Below, piece by piece: positions 1 to 12,000 of a stretch of 64,000 bases of DNA. The stretch is from Glaucostegus cemiculus (taxonomy: Eukaryota): assembly GCA_976551045.1 (NCBI GenBank), contig CDPCPM010000017.1, forward strand, positions 6,510,001 through 6,574,000, in the 5' to 3' direction. Under the pieces are notes generated by a model. The model worked only from the letters and a program-made list of their open reading frames with translations. It was not told where the DNA came from and searched no databases. Every line of letters begins with the position of its first letter. Within the stretch, counting starts at the first letter, position 1. The position numbers and the translations under genes are program-made.

Positions 1-2934
1 AACTGACAGGATTACTCATTGGGGAACTATCACAGACTTGTTGGGATATCAAGATTCCATGACCCTATAATGCAAAAGATGAAACACAATCCAAAAGAAA
101 AACACTGCTGACATTAAGAATCTGAATTATAAACAGAAATCCTGTACTCAGTCAATCAAAGACCAATCAGAAACATGAACACAATCCTCTCTCCTCAGAT
201 GCAATATAGTGATGTCATCAGATGCAAAATAAGTCCAAGTTCTTTATCAGCAGACAAATCAATGATGATATATTTTTGGCTACTGAATTTTATAGTAAAT
301 TTAGTTACCCAATCTTGTTAACCTCAAATAAAAAATAGCTTTGTGTTTAGTACTTATTTTTGCCTGCATGAAGCAAAGCATCTGCCTTTGGCTAACATTA
401 TCTCATCTCTACCCAAATGTTGCTGCACAAACTCTTCAGACATATTGGCTGAGCTCTACCTCTTCCTCTCAGGGAATCCCTTGGAATAAAAGATGTGACC
501 CACTTCCACTCAGTTTTCTGAAGTGGATCATGAAGTTATTGATGAATGACTGATGCATTGTTAATAATTTTGTTGATTATTTTACTGATGAATAGCAACA
601 GACCACAAAACATTAACTGGCTAGATTAAATTTATTCCATTTTTTGTGCGGATATCATTTGTGGGCTAGTTTTCACGCTGTCAAGCATATTCAGATATCA
701 TTACCAAGTTAGTACAGTACCATTATGACATTTTCATTTATCTTACAATTTGGAAACTTTCCTGGGTATGATCCACTACTTCCTGAACCAAAATCCAATT
801 TAGCCAGGCCATTATAGTGCAATTAAGTGGGCAGCTGGTTATGGCGTACAGACCTTCTGCACTGCAACTCAGTGGTTGTCAGGGTCCACGACACTTGTGT
901 CCACTGCCATCACACATGCTCAGTATCACATGGAGGGAAGTGAAATGATCAAGTATCAGCATCCTATGTGGGAATCTTTGGAATTATAGAGAAAGCTCAA
1001 ACACAGTACTTTTGGCTGGTGGGATCTGCAAACAGTTCATCCCATGTTCTGCCACGCATTTGTTACATTAAGTCATTCAAGAAATTGTCAATTTGTTCTT
1101 ACTGAGTTAATTATTTAACTGGTCTGATTGAATCACATTGCTTGAAAGTAACACATTGAAGCAATATTCTGAAATTCTGATATATGTTTATCATTTACTA
1201 GATTGTGCAGGTTACACGGAGCGTACAATGATAAGAAAAAGGAAACAGAGCCAAATTCTTCCTTTAATTGAATGGGCAGCGTCAGGATAGCGTACTCAGC
1301 CAGATATTATTATTCTAGAAACAGATGAAAAGAAGCCATTAAAATGGCAAGAATACTGATTAAATGATCATAAAAGGAGAACATTGATTAAACTTGTCAT
1401 TAAGAACAACGCTAACATTTTTTCTGATGAGGAAACACTGATGTAAAGTCATATCAATAGGATCAAATGTGAAAAATTGAAATGCCCAAAGGGCAAGTCT
1501 TAATCTTGCCCATTTTTTATGTGCTATATGTTAGACAAGCCCAGCAAACTGCAAGAGAAAATATGCAAGATGAAGTGCTTAGAGGAGCTTTCGAGAGCTG
1601 CTTATATGCTCGAACATCAATGGCCATCTTAGTCAACCAAAACAAATTCCTCCACTTTCTGTTCCAGCGTGAATATTGCAAAGGTACGGATTATTTTGCC
1701 CAATTATCAAATTGGAACAACTGTAACTAGTGAGCAAGTCTCCTGCTGCAGACAAGTGTCTTGCTTGTGGTAAAACATGCCAATAAATGCAAATGAATGT
1801 GGCAGCTTGCAAGACTAGACCGAACACCTAAAGATTCAATATATGAAGGAAGAGACAGAATTTTCACAAATCCTGAGCTGGCATTGAATGTAGAGAAGGG
1901 TTTGGTGAAGATGTTGAAGTTACCTCAGATAAAAAATTGTCTCCAGAATCCCAAAAAGTGATAACTTCCAGCAGGCAATACACAATTAAAACCCATTCTC
2001 ATTATATATGGAACAAATTTCTTGCATGTGAAGTGACTGGATAAAGTTCTAAAGAGAGGGTCACATTGTAGGTGTTTTCAATGGGTCTTCAAAGCACCTC
2101 AGAGCAAGCCCTCTGCTAGATGTATAGGTATCTGGCCTTCACCAAGTTCCATACTTCAATGAGCCAGCGAGGAAGTCTGATGCAGGCCAGAGAGTGGGTG
2201 GAGAATATCCAGCAACCCCATACATAAACACAAACTAAAGATAAGTACAATCAAACCAGTCACAAAAAAAAAGAGTCAACAGATCTCTTGGGTAGGGTCC
2301 AATTAAAGACTCGGGGCTGGTGAGAAATATACAAAGAACTGGATTTCTGAGCCATGGATGGCAGGCTGGTTCAGAACAGATGATTATTAACTGTGAGAGA
2401 TCATGGTTCAGTGCAGACATAAACATGGAATGATGCATCCAGTGATTTCAACACAAGGTGCAAATGGATTAATGAACTTCTCAAAATAGTCATTTTCTCT
2501 AACGTGTAACAATTTGTAATCACATCCAAATGTAAAACAAATTAAAAGCACAAAATGGTGGAAATACTCAGTTTGGAAGCAGAGACAGAGCCAACATTTC
2601 AGATCACCTGTTATCAGAAGTCCTGACAATCACAAATCAAAACATACCAGATGGAAGATTGAACATCAATGGAGGAAATATGGGAAAGAAGATATCAGGT
2701 GGCATTGAAAAGGGGAGCGTATGATAAGTAGAACTAAAGGTACAAAGCCCCGGTTTGGGATGGGGGGGGGGAAGGGGTGAAACCAATTCACATGCTTATT
2801 TCACTTTATTTTTATTACCAATTGTTTCAATCTCTGTAATTAAAACCTTGAAAAAGTCTACAAATGATCAAGCTCGGGTAAAATTCAGAAAAGCACTAAA
2901 CTGGCCCACATTAATCCATCATGCTGTCTGAAGC

Positions 2935-3035
2935 AAAAAAATGAAGTGCTGGAAGAACTCAGTGGGTCAAGCAACATCTGCAAAAGAAATGGTTGCCATT
3001 TCAGATCTAGACCCTGCATCAAGGCTGAGAGTGCA
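2935..3035 (-). mobile_element. Short interspersed repeat end, likely Penelope-like; related copies near 34361, 38900, 51840, 61555, 63195
   Basis: Recurring motif tgctggaagaactcagtgggtcaagcaacatctg; the family name is inferred. Confidence 0.5.
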
Positions 3036-3134
3036 GGGGTAAGATAGCTAACATATAGAAGTGAGCAGGAAGGGTGAGATCGGGCCTGGTAGATGATAGC
3101 TGGAACCAGGTAGTGGAGGAAGGAATCAAAAATG

Positions 3135-3520
3135 TTTGTTTTGGCTGGACACTGATTAATCAGCCCACCTATATTTTTGTCCAAATAATTTATATATATA
3201 TATATCACAAACAACTGATCCCTGCAGAACACGAGTGGCACAGTTCTCCAGTCAGAATAACACCCCTCCACCACTTTCCTGTGCCATCTGTAGCCAAGCC
3301 AATTTTGAATCCAAGCCAATTTTGAATCCAATCTACCAAGTCACTGTGGATCCTATGTGCCTCATCTTCTGAATCGGCCTACCTTGAGGGATCTTGTCAA
3401 ATGCTTTACTGAAGTCCATGTAGGCAACATCCACTGCCCTATCCTCAGCAATCATCTTTGTCATGTCCTCAAATAACTCAATTAATTTCAGAAGACATAA
3501 CCTCCCCAGCACAAAGCCAT
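3135..3520 (-). mobile_element. CR1 LINE reverse-transcriptase fragment
   Basis: Minus frame reads LAWIQNWL...VVEGCYSDWR; mirrors the copy at 6170-6420. Confidence 0.8.
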
Positions 3521-3589
3521 AAAAGATCTAGCAATCTCAGATTTAAACTTAACAATAAACCCAGGATTAATTACTGTTCGTGGAGAAAA

Positions 3590-4860
3590 GTACCAAATTT
3601 CTGATATCTTCAGCAGGTGGATTTCCTAACTTCCTGGTTCTAATCCTTAGATTATGCTACCCTATACCTTGATTCTTTGTCAACAAAAATGCTTTCCCCC
3701 CGCCCCCATCTAACCTAATGGTTTATCATACTACCTCGAGGGCTTCAATCAAATCGTGCCTTTGCAAGATTCATATAATTCACATGCATATTCTCTTCCA
3801 TGTAACTTACTCTTGAAGTCAAGTTATCACTTCGGTACATCTAACCTTCATGCCCTCCAAAACCAAGTGATCGTTGTAAAGTGCAGTGCCAAGCATTCCA
3901 GGAGTGTTTAACCATGACTATATATAATTAGTTGTAACACTGTCCCACCTCCATTGAACTTGAGCCCTCTAGTTATCAAGGCCATCATTCCTTATGGTTT
4001 TTGATTATTTTCCATCTGCCCATGCCAATTTAAAGACTAATTACATGCAGTTCTGTCTATTTGAACATCCAATGCTTCTAGTTTTCTGTGCTTATCCCTT
4101 TTGGGTGCAGAATGAATAGTTTGTACTTGGCTACATTCAAAGTATTTAGTATCATTGTATCTTATTCATTGTATCCATTAATACTGCTTTCTAATGTAAC
4201 ACGTTCAATACTTTGCCTACAACAGCATCTATATTTTCATCATTAGCAAACTTGATAACATTATATAAATCCTGTCATCTAATTCATTTTTAAGTACTGT
4301 GAGTAGTTCCAACCTCAATACTAATAGGATCCCATGAGCAACATCCTGCCAATTTCTGCAGCTGCCCATTATCCTCAATCTGTTTCATAACCAAGTAAAT
4401 AATTTGTCCTTAATTCTGTAAACTTAACTCATGTGAACAATCTCTTATGAGGCACTTTATTGGAAGTAAAACTAAATAACATCTACTCCCTCTGTACAAA
4501 GGATGTTGCCCATCTTCCTCATAATGAATTACCACATTGGCCTTTCATTCCACCTCCAACATCTGCACATCCCCCTGGGTCATTCTTGCTGCCCTTTCAG
4601 TAATATTCTTATTCCCACAAGTGGCAGATACTTTGTTACTGCTCAAAACGTTTAGTCAGGCATGACTTACCTTTCACAAATCCATAGGGGTCTCTTTGAT
4701 CAACTGCAAGTTAGCAATGAATTCATTCTGTCTCTCCAATACTCAAAATACTGTTGTATTTTGCTGATATCTGTTAAACTAACTAAGCCTAAACTTCCTG
4801 CATTACTTTTCCTAACTTTGTTATCTCGTGCTGCAGTATGTACAGCTTTTCAATCTAAAA
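3590..4860 (-). mobile_element. Old, highly decayed CR1-like remnant
   Basis: Scattered reverse-complement CR1 RT motifs such as aggcatgacttacctttcacaaatccat and tcatcattagcaaactt. Confidence 0.5.
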
Positions 4861-5479
4861 AGACAGTTCCTGAATTGAGAGAACTTGGGAAGAATGGGTG
4901 AAATCAAGCTGGATTCAGTCTGGTGCCTGGGCTCAGCACCAGTAACCCTTATCCTCACCCACCCATACTTACCTGGACTGGATGTTGGGGTCTGGGTGAG
5001 TTGACCATCTACCACAGGGAGCCGAGTGGCTGGGCATCTGCTAGTGCCCCACATCCCCACTCACGAGACATCCTGAAAGCACTTCAAAGGAAATCAATCT
5101 AGGGGCAGGGACTGCAATTACCTCAAAGCCTGTCAAGCTTTGCAAGTTTGCAAACATCAAGAGATTAGCACGGGACTGGTACGGATGGTGCCTGGTGGTT
5201 GGCCCAGGGATCAAAGGTCATATTTCTGTGTTGCATGACTCTATTACTTATTGCTGTGTGATCCACTGAGCATTTTCATGGGAATAAAATGGCAGAATTC
5301 CCCAATTAACACGTGACGCCTTCTAAATGCCAGAAAAAGGTTAACTTAACAGTTAGTCACATGCACATTTGAAAATGGTCATCAAGTGAATGCTCTCAAA
5401 CTTTGGGATATGAGCTTTTAAAGATGAATTTCAGTCACTGAAAGTCCTGAATATGCTCTAATCCTCAAAATCAGCAATA

Positions 5480-7335
5480 GCAAGAGGATTAAGAACGTCA
5501 AAAGGGGCCATGAAGCGTCCTTAGTGAGCAGGATCAAGAAGAATCCCAATGCATTTTATGCTTATATTCAGAAAAAGAGGATAGCTAAAGAGAAGGTAGA
5601 TCCACTCAAGGATAAAGGAGGGAATTTGTGCTTGGAGTCAGAAAGTGAATACTTTGCATTGGTATTTACTGAGGAGAAGGATTTGGAGGATTGTGAAACC
5701 AAAGTGGGGCATGCTAACGTGCTGGGATATTTTGAGATTAAGAAGGAGTTAGTGCTGGGTCTTCTGAAGAGCATTAAGGTGGATACGTCCCCAGGGCCTG
5801 ATGGCATCTATCCCAGAATATTGAAAGAAGCAAGTGAGGAGATTGCTGGGGCTTTGACAACTCACAAGCAACAGACGAGGTCCTGGAGGACTGAGGAGCA
5901 TCAAATGTTGTGGCTTTGTTCAGGGAGAGAAAGAGGGCTAATTCAGGTAATTATAGGCCAGTGAGCCTCACGTCAGTGGTAAGGAAGCTATTGGAGAGGA
6001 TACTGAAGGATAGGATTTATATGCATTTGGAAAGGCTTGGCCTGCTTACAGACAGTCAGCATGGTGTTGTGCAGGACAGGTCGTGCCTTACGAACTTGAT
6101 TGACTTTTCCGAGGAGGTGACAAAGATGTTTGATGAAGGTAAGGCAGTGGACGTTATCTACATGGACTTTAGTAAGGCATTTGATAAGGTCCCTCAAGGT
6201 AGTTTGATTTTAAAGATAAAGATGCATGGGATGCAGGGTGAATTGCAAGTTTGGATTTGGAACTGATTTACCCCTAGAAGACAGAGAGTAGGGATGGAAG
6301 GCTGTTATTCTGGATGGAGGATGGTGATCAATGGTGTTCCACAAGGATCGGTACTGGGGCCTCTGTTGTTTGTGATATCTATAAATAACTTGGGTGAAAA
6401 TGTAGTTAGGTAGATTAGCAAGTTTGAGATGGCACCAAGATTAGGAGTTGTGGACAGGTAAAAGGACTATCAAAGAATACATCAGGATATAGATCAGTTA
6501 CAGATATGGGCAGATAAGTGGCAGATGAAGTTTAACCTGGGCAAGTGTGAGGTGTTGCACTTTAGGTCAAATGAAGAGAGAAAGTGTACAGTGAAAGGTA
6601 GACCCCTCAATAGCACTGAAGTACAGAGAGATCTTGGTGTCCAAGTCCATAGTTTACTTAAAGTGGCTACACAAGTGGATGAGGTGATAAAGAAGGTTTA
6701 TGACACGTTTGCCTTCATTGGTAGGGGTGTTAAGTACAAGAGTAAATAAGTCATGCTGCAGCTATATAAAACTTTAGTCAGACTGCACTCGGAGTATTGT
6801 GTGCAGTTCTGCTCACCCTCTTTTAAGAAGGATATGGAAATTGTGGGAAGGATGAAGAAGAGGTTTACCAGGATGCTGCCTAGAATAGAGGGTATGAGCT
6901 ATAAGGAAAGGTTGGACAAACTTGGGTTGTTCTCCTAAGAGCATTAGAGGCTGAGGGGAGTCCTGATGGAGATTTAAAAAATTATGAGAGCCGTAGATAA
7001 GGTAGACAGTCAGAATCTATTCTCCAGGGTAAAAATGTCAAATACCAGAGGACTTGCTTTTAAGGTTAGAGGAGGTATGTTTAAAGGCGACATGAGGGGC
7101 AAGTTTTTTTATGCAGAGGGTGGTAAGTGCCTGGAATGGGTTACCAGGGGTAATAGTGGAAGCAGGCAGTTTGTTGGAGTTTAAGAGGCTTTTGGATAGA
7201 CACATGAATATGAAAGGAATGGAGGAATATGGGTAATACAGAGGAAGGGAACATTCAGTATAAATTGCCATCAAGATTGGCACAACATTGTGGGCTGAAT
7301 GGCTGTCCAGTGCTGAGCTGTGCTATGTTGTATGA
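5480..7335 (+). mobile_element. 5'-truncated CR1 LINE (ORF2 RT remnant plus 3' UTR), inactive
   Basis: Broken ORFs with SPGPDGIYPRIL, NYRPVSLTS, YMDFSKAFDKVP, MKFNLGKCEVLHF, YKTLVR; frameshifts and stops. Confidence 0.95.
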
Positions 7336-8614
7336 AAAGGATAAACAACAACATCTCTGCAAAGACCAAGAAAAATGACTGGACCAGATACAATAAAGAC
7401 ACATTAGGAAAATAAAAGGAACAAGAATAATGAGAATGAACAGAGGCAGAGTTTAATAGTAGCATATGAGCTACACCCGTGCCACATAGTACTAGGTTCA
7501 AGAGAGAGAAGAGATTCTATCAACATTTTTTTGCTATCTCTTTTTTACATTTTCAACAGATGCCAAACCGCATAAGGAAGTTTTGGACAAGCTGAAAATT
7601 TTTTGCACTCAAGGTACAGAAATGTAATGAATGACAAGGAAGAAGAGATTGAATTTAAGCCCAGAGCTTGTGCGATTGGGTGAGCAATGGTCAGTACCTC
7701 TGTTTGGACCCCTCTGAAGATAAGACCAATTCAGCATTAGGCCTCATTAAGTCGTTGTACCTTACTGTTCAAAGCTCCTGACCTAGGCACCAAGTGCATA
7801 GAAAGTGAAAATCTGCAGAGGGAACTCAGTGTGTCCAAACCAACAGGAAGATGGAAGGACAATTCTACTACTTCTGTCTCTGCAAAATATATAACCTTTA
7901 AAGCCATTTTTCAGCAACCTCTTAGAATGCTTTTTCAGGATACCTGGTTATGTCACTCAAGGACCAGTAAACCAGACTGGAGTCTCCACAGTTTGGGCTT
8001 CATCCATTTGTAACTGAAATTTAACAGCATAAGCCATTGATTTGTATGGCAAGGCAGCCCAGTGCTTTGTTTTAGTGGCTGCACTGCTCACCTGTACACA
8101 GGCCATGAGAATAGGACCAGGCATATCTTAAGTATTTATGAAGCCACTGTCATCCTACCAACTGTGGTGCAGCAGGATCTAAGGGCCAAATGGCCTAATC
8201 CTATTCCTCATTCTTATTTTCCGATGTCCTTATAACCTCTCTACTGCAAAGTGCATCCAAGCTCCACAAGTCCACCCACCAGACATTAAACCAACTTTTC
8301 CCCCCACAAAGCAATTCTGATTAGAGCCAAGTATCCCTTTCACAGATCCCATTGCTCAGCATCAATTCATGCCTTATCATTCAACATATGTGAACTTGCC
8401 AAGCACAAGGAGTAAGCTGAATGACATAGGGTTTTACCTTGTTTTTTCCAACTTTAACTGACTGGAAGGAAGACAATTTTTATCAGGACATGTAGTCAGT
8501 GACTGAATTGTAATGATACGAATTGTCTCCAGATCAATGGCTAAAACTTCCAATGAGGATAGTAATTCTTGTATGCATTCGTGACTGAGCTAAGCCAAAA
8601 TCAAGCTCGTATCA

Positions 8615-8755
8615 ATAGAACAATAGAACAATACAATACAGCACAGAACAGGCCCTTCGGCCCATCAAGCTGTGCCATCCTACAAACAACTCCCAAACTA
8701 ACTCTTTCCACCCTCATATCCTACTATTCCACATTCTTCCATGTGCTTATCTAAC
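8615..8755 (-). mobile_element. CR1/HE1-type 3' tail fragment upstream of the promoter
   Basis: tagaacaatacaatacagcacagaacaggcccttcggccc is the reverse of the CR1 3' tail; same motif near 61625. Confidence 0.7.
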
Positions 8756-8937
8756 AAAATCTTTATTGATTAAGATATATCTTTAAGCCTTTTGGTACAC
8801 AAGGACTCTTAACAAGGAAAGTGTTTATTTCAGCTTCATGATTAATTGACCTGGAGTTAAAATACCCTTAAAGTTTCCCAATTGCTTTTACATTTCCTCA
8901 TTCTTTTCTACTCAGATAGAACTAATGCACATAGGAC

Positions 8938-8943
8938 TATAAA
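8938..8943 (+). promoter_or_regulatory. TATA box of the mucin gene
   Basis: TATAAA starting 54 nt upstream of the signal-peptide ATG; Inr-like TCA near 8966; FOX-like TGTTTAT at 8822-8828 is weak support only. Confidence 0.7.
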
Positions 8944-8991
8944 TGTCTGCAATAAGGAATCCCTCAGAGAGAACACTGGAATGTTACGACA

Positions 8992-9043
8992 ATGAAATAC
9001 TACTCTTCCTTCCTTGCAGTTCTGACCCTTTCCCTGTTCATGG
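8992..9043 (+). CDS. muc19: Exon 1, signal peptide [17 protein letters not shown]
   Basis: ATG with A at -3, hydrophobic core, donor G|gtaaga, phase 1 matching exon 2. Confidence 0.8.
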
Positions 9044-12000
9044 GTAAGAAATGCTTTCCATACATTTGGTTTGCAATAAAGAAAAAAACTATGTCAGAAA
9101 AAATTACATTTGTTTATGAAATATGGAAACAATTTTAACAGTGTATAATATTTTTGTTAAAGTACAAATATCTTGTTTAAGTGCCAAATTATTCAAGGAA
9201 CGTTGATCTTGAACTGAGTTGCATTCAAAAGATGGAAAAAGCTTAAGCTTTATGTTAAAAATCTATTTTGCTTTATTTATTTAGCTATTGTGCTTACATT
9301 TCCCTGTCTGATATATTCAACAGCATGTTAATTTTATTGTGCTGTGTCTGTGTAAAGAGACTCAAAGTACTTAAATATCAAAAATCATGGTTAAAATGTG
9401 CATCAAGGCATCATATAATACCTTTGCAGATCAATAGTGATATTTTGATTGATGTATTTTTATATTCTATGATAGAGAACTTCTCATTTATGGTTTCGTA
9501 ATCAATTGATTTACTTTCATGCTGGTTCCCTACAATTAGAAAATGCAAAGCTTAAAGTATTTTCATTTTTAAGAACATTTCTTATGTTTCCAAAGGACTT
9601 CAAGTGTTGTTAATAATAAAGAAACTTAGCAAAGAAATAGTAATAAAATTTTATATTCTCTGCTTATATTGAAAATGTGCAAAGAAAAGGTGCATTTTGT
9701 AAATAAGGTTGTTAAAATTTGAATGTAAAAGAATTTCTTTTGGGAGTGCTGACTGGTTAACTATTTTATTTGAGCAGGGAAACTCCAGGAGGTATGAGTT
9801 TTAAGACATACAAAAATATTAAGATTGCTGTAAATTTAAAACTCAAAGGACTCATTAAAAAATTCAAAATAAATTAAGTGAAAAAGAAATAATTTGCCTT
9901 TTCCCGTCTATTTTCTATGCCAGGGATTCTCCTTCAGTTAAATAGGATCTCCAGGTCTGGGGCAACTCTCGCCAGTGTGGGATGAGAGAGATGGTTTCCT
10001 CAGCATAATGCTGGAGAATGCCAACAATATTGGGGTTAGAGACTCAGCAAATCCAGAACTTACAGCAGGTGATCGGAAGCAGCTAAAGCAGCTAAATGCT
10101 GGTGGCTCTGTTTGGAACCACCTTTAATGCCAGTACTATTCCACCCAATATCCTCATTTCCAATACCTACTGAATTAGTCTAATAATATTTTAAAGATCT
10201 GTTCATGCCAAGAAATTGGGTCATTAACGAATTAAACTCTTGGACGTTCACATGCTTAAATGTGGGACAATTCGAAGATTTTCACTGAAATAAGTAGCTG
10301 TATGTCCTGCAGTATTTACTGACAGACTTGCACCAGATTTAGATATCTTTAAGCTGTGGGGTTCAGATAAAGCTCTAAAGCAAATCTGAATGTCCACCAC
10401 CAGTTTTGGATAGCCAGCACAACCAGAGGAATGAAAATCTGAGGAATTAAAAATGTTCTTCTTTCTAATTAGGATAAATTTCCACATTGTTCAGAATCAA
10501 TTCCTTGCAGTTTATAGCTAAAACTGACTATAAATATTGGTTTCAGTGTTCATCTTTTTTTCTCCTGTTCTCAATGCCAGAAATCCTCTTTCAAATGAAT
10601 GGAATCTCCAGTTCTGGACCAAATCAAACTGGTGTGGGTTTACAGAAGTGATATAGTCCTTTTTAAGACAAAATCCCACCTTCACACCAAGGACAACATC
10701 ACGTTGTGTGGCATCACTATCATCCGAAATGAGATAGAGTCAGAATACATCTGGCAACTCAGTACTGGGTATCCATGAGATGTGGACCATAAGCAGCAGC
10801 AGTAATGTACTCCACCGCAATGACCTGGCAGCATACTTACCCTATCATTACTAGTCAAGCCAGGGGGTCAGTCTTGGTTTGAAGGTGTGCCTGATGTTGG
10901 GAGCAGCACTGGGCACGCCTAAAAAATGAAGTGCCAGCCTTGTGAAGCTGCAACACAGATTGCAGAGCTTGTTGCAATCAACATAGCTAAGTAATCCCAC
11001 AAATAACAGGTCAAAGTTCTGCATTTAGTTATTAATGGAGGACAGTTATACATATGGCCAATGAAAGGAGGAGGTTTCAAGAACAGTCCCATCCTCAACA
11101 ATGACAGGAGTCCAGCATGTAAATGCTAAAGGCAAGACTGAAGCATTAGAAATCATCTTCAGCCAGAAGTGCCATTTGGATCGGATACCCGCTGTCGCAG
11201 GGGCCAGTCACAAGCCAATTTGATTCACTTCATGTGATATTCATAAAAAAAAGTGAGAACATTGATAAAGAGAAAGAAATGGGGCCAGACAATCTCACAG
11301 CTGTAATATTGAAGACCTGTGATGCAAACTAGCTGCACCTCCAGACAAGTTGTTCCAGCAGTCAAACTTTGCATTCACCCATTCACGTTGAAAGTTGTCC
11401 AGACAAGTACTATTCACAAAAAGCAAGGCAAATCCAACCTAACTAACTACATTCCAATAAGTCTACTGTGGCAAAGTAGCAGTAGTATCGCCAGATGCAC
11501 TCAGATCTATACCTCATCACAGCCTTGGTCCAATCATGGACTAAGTGAAGTGAGAGTGACTGCCCTTGACAACAAAGTGGAATGTGACTGAATCAAGGAA
11601 CCTAGAAAAACTTCAGTCGATGGGCATCATGGGAAAACACGCCAATCGTTGAAGTCTTAGCTGGAACAAAGGAAGATGACTGTAATTACTGTCAAACATG
11701 TAATGCCAGGACATCACTTCTGGAATACCTCAGGGCTATGTTCTAGTCCCCATCATCTACAGCTGCTTCTTTAAATGTTCTTTCTTCCTTCATGAGATCA
11801 AAAGTGGGGATTTTCATCGATGACTGGACAATGTGCTATTCCACTTACAGCTCCTGAGGAAATGGAGCAGTCCATGCTACATCCAGCAAGATCTAAACAA
11901 CACTCAGGCATGGGTTGGTAGGGTTCAAGTAATATATGCACCTGAAAAGTGCCAGGCAGTGACCATCTCTAACAAAAGATAGTCTAACTACTGACTTTAA

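Noticed and set aside
1-2900. Possible exons of a neighbouring gene upstream
   Set aside because: Short ORFs only; no recognisable domain or consistent splice pairs.
5524-7184. Reverse-transcriptase ORFs as a host gene or novel RT system
   Set aside because: Standard 5'-truncated CR1 with multiple frameshifts and stops.
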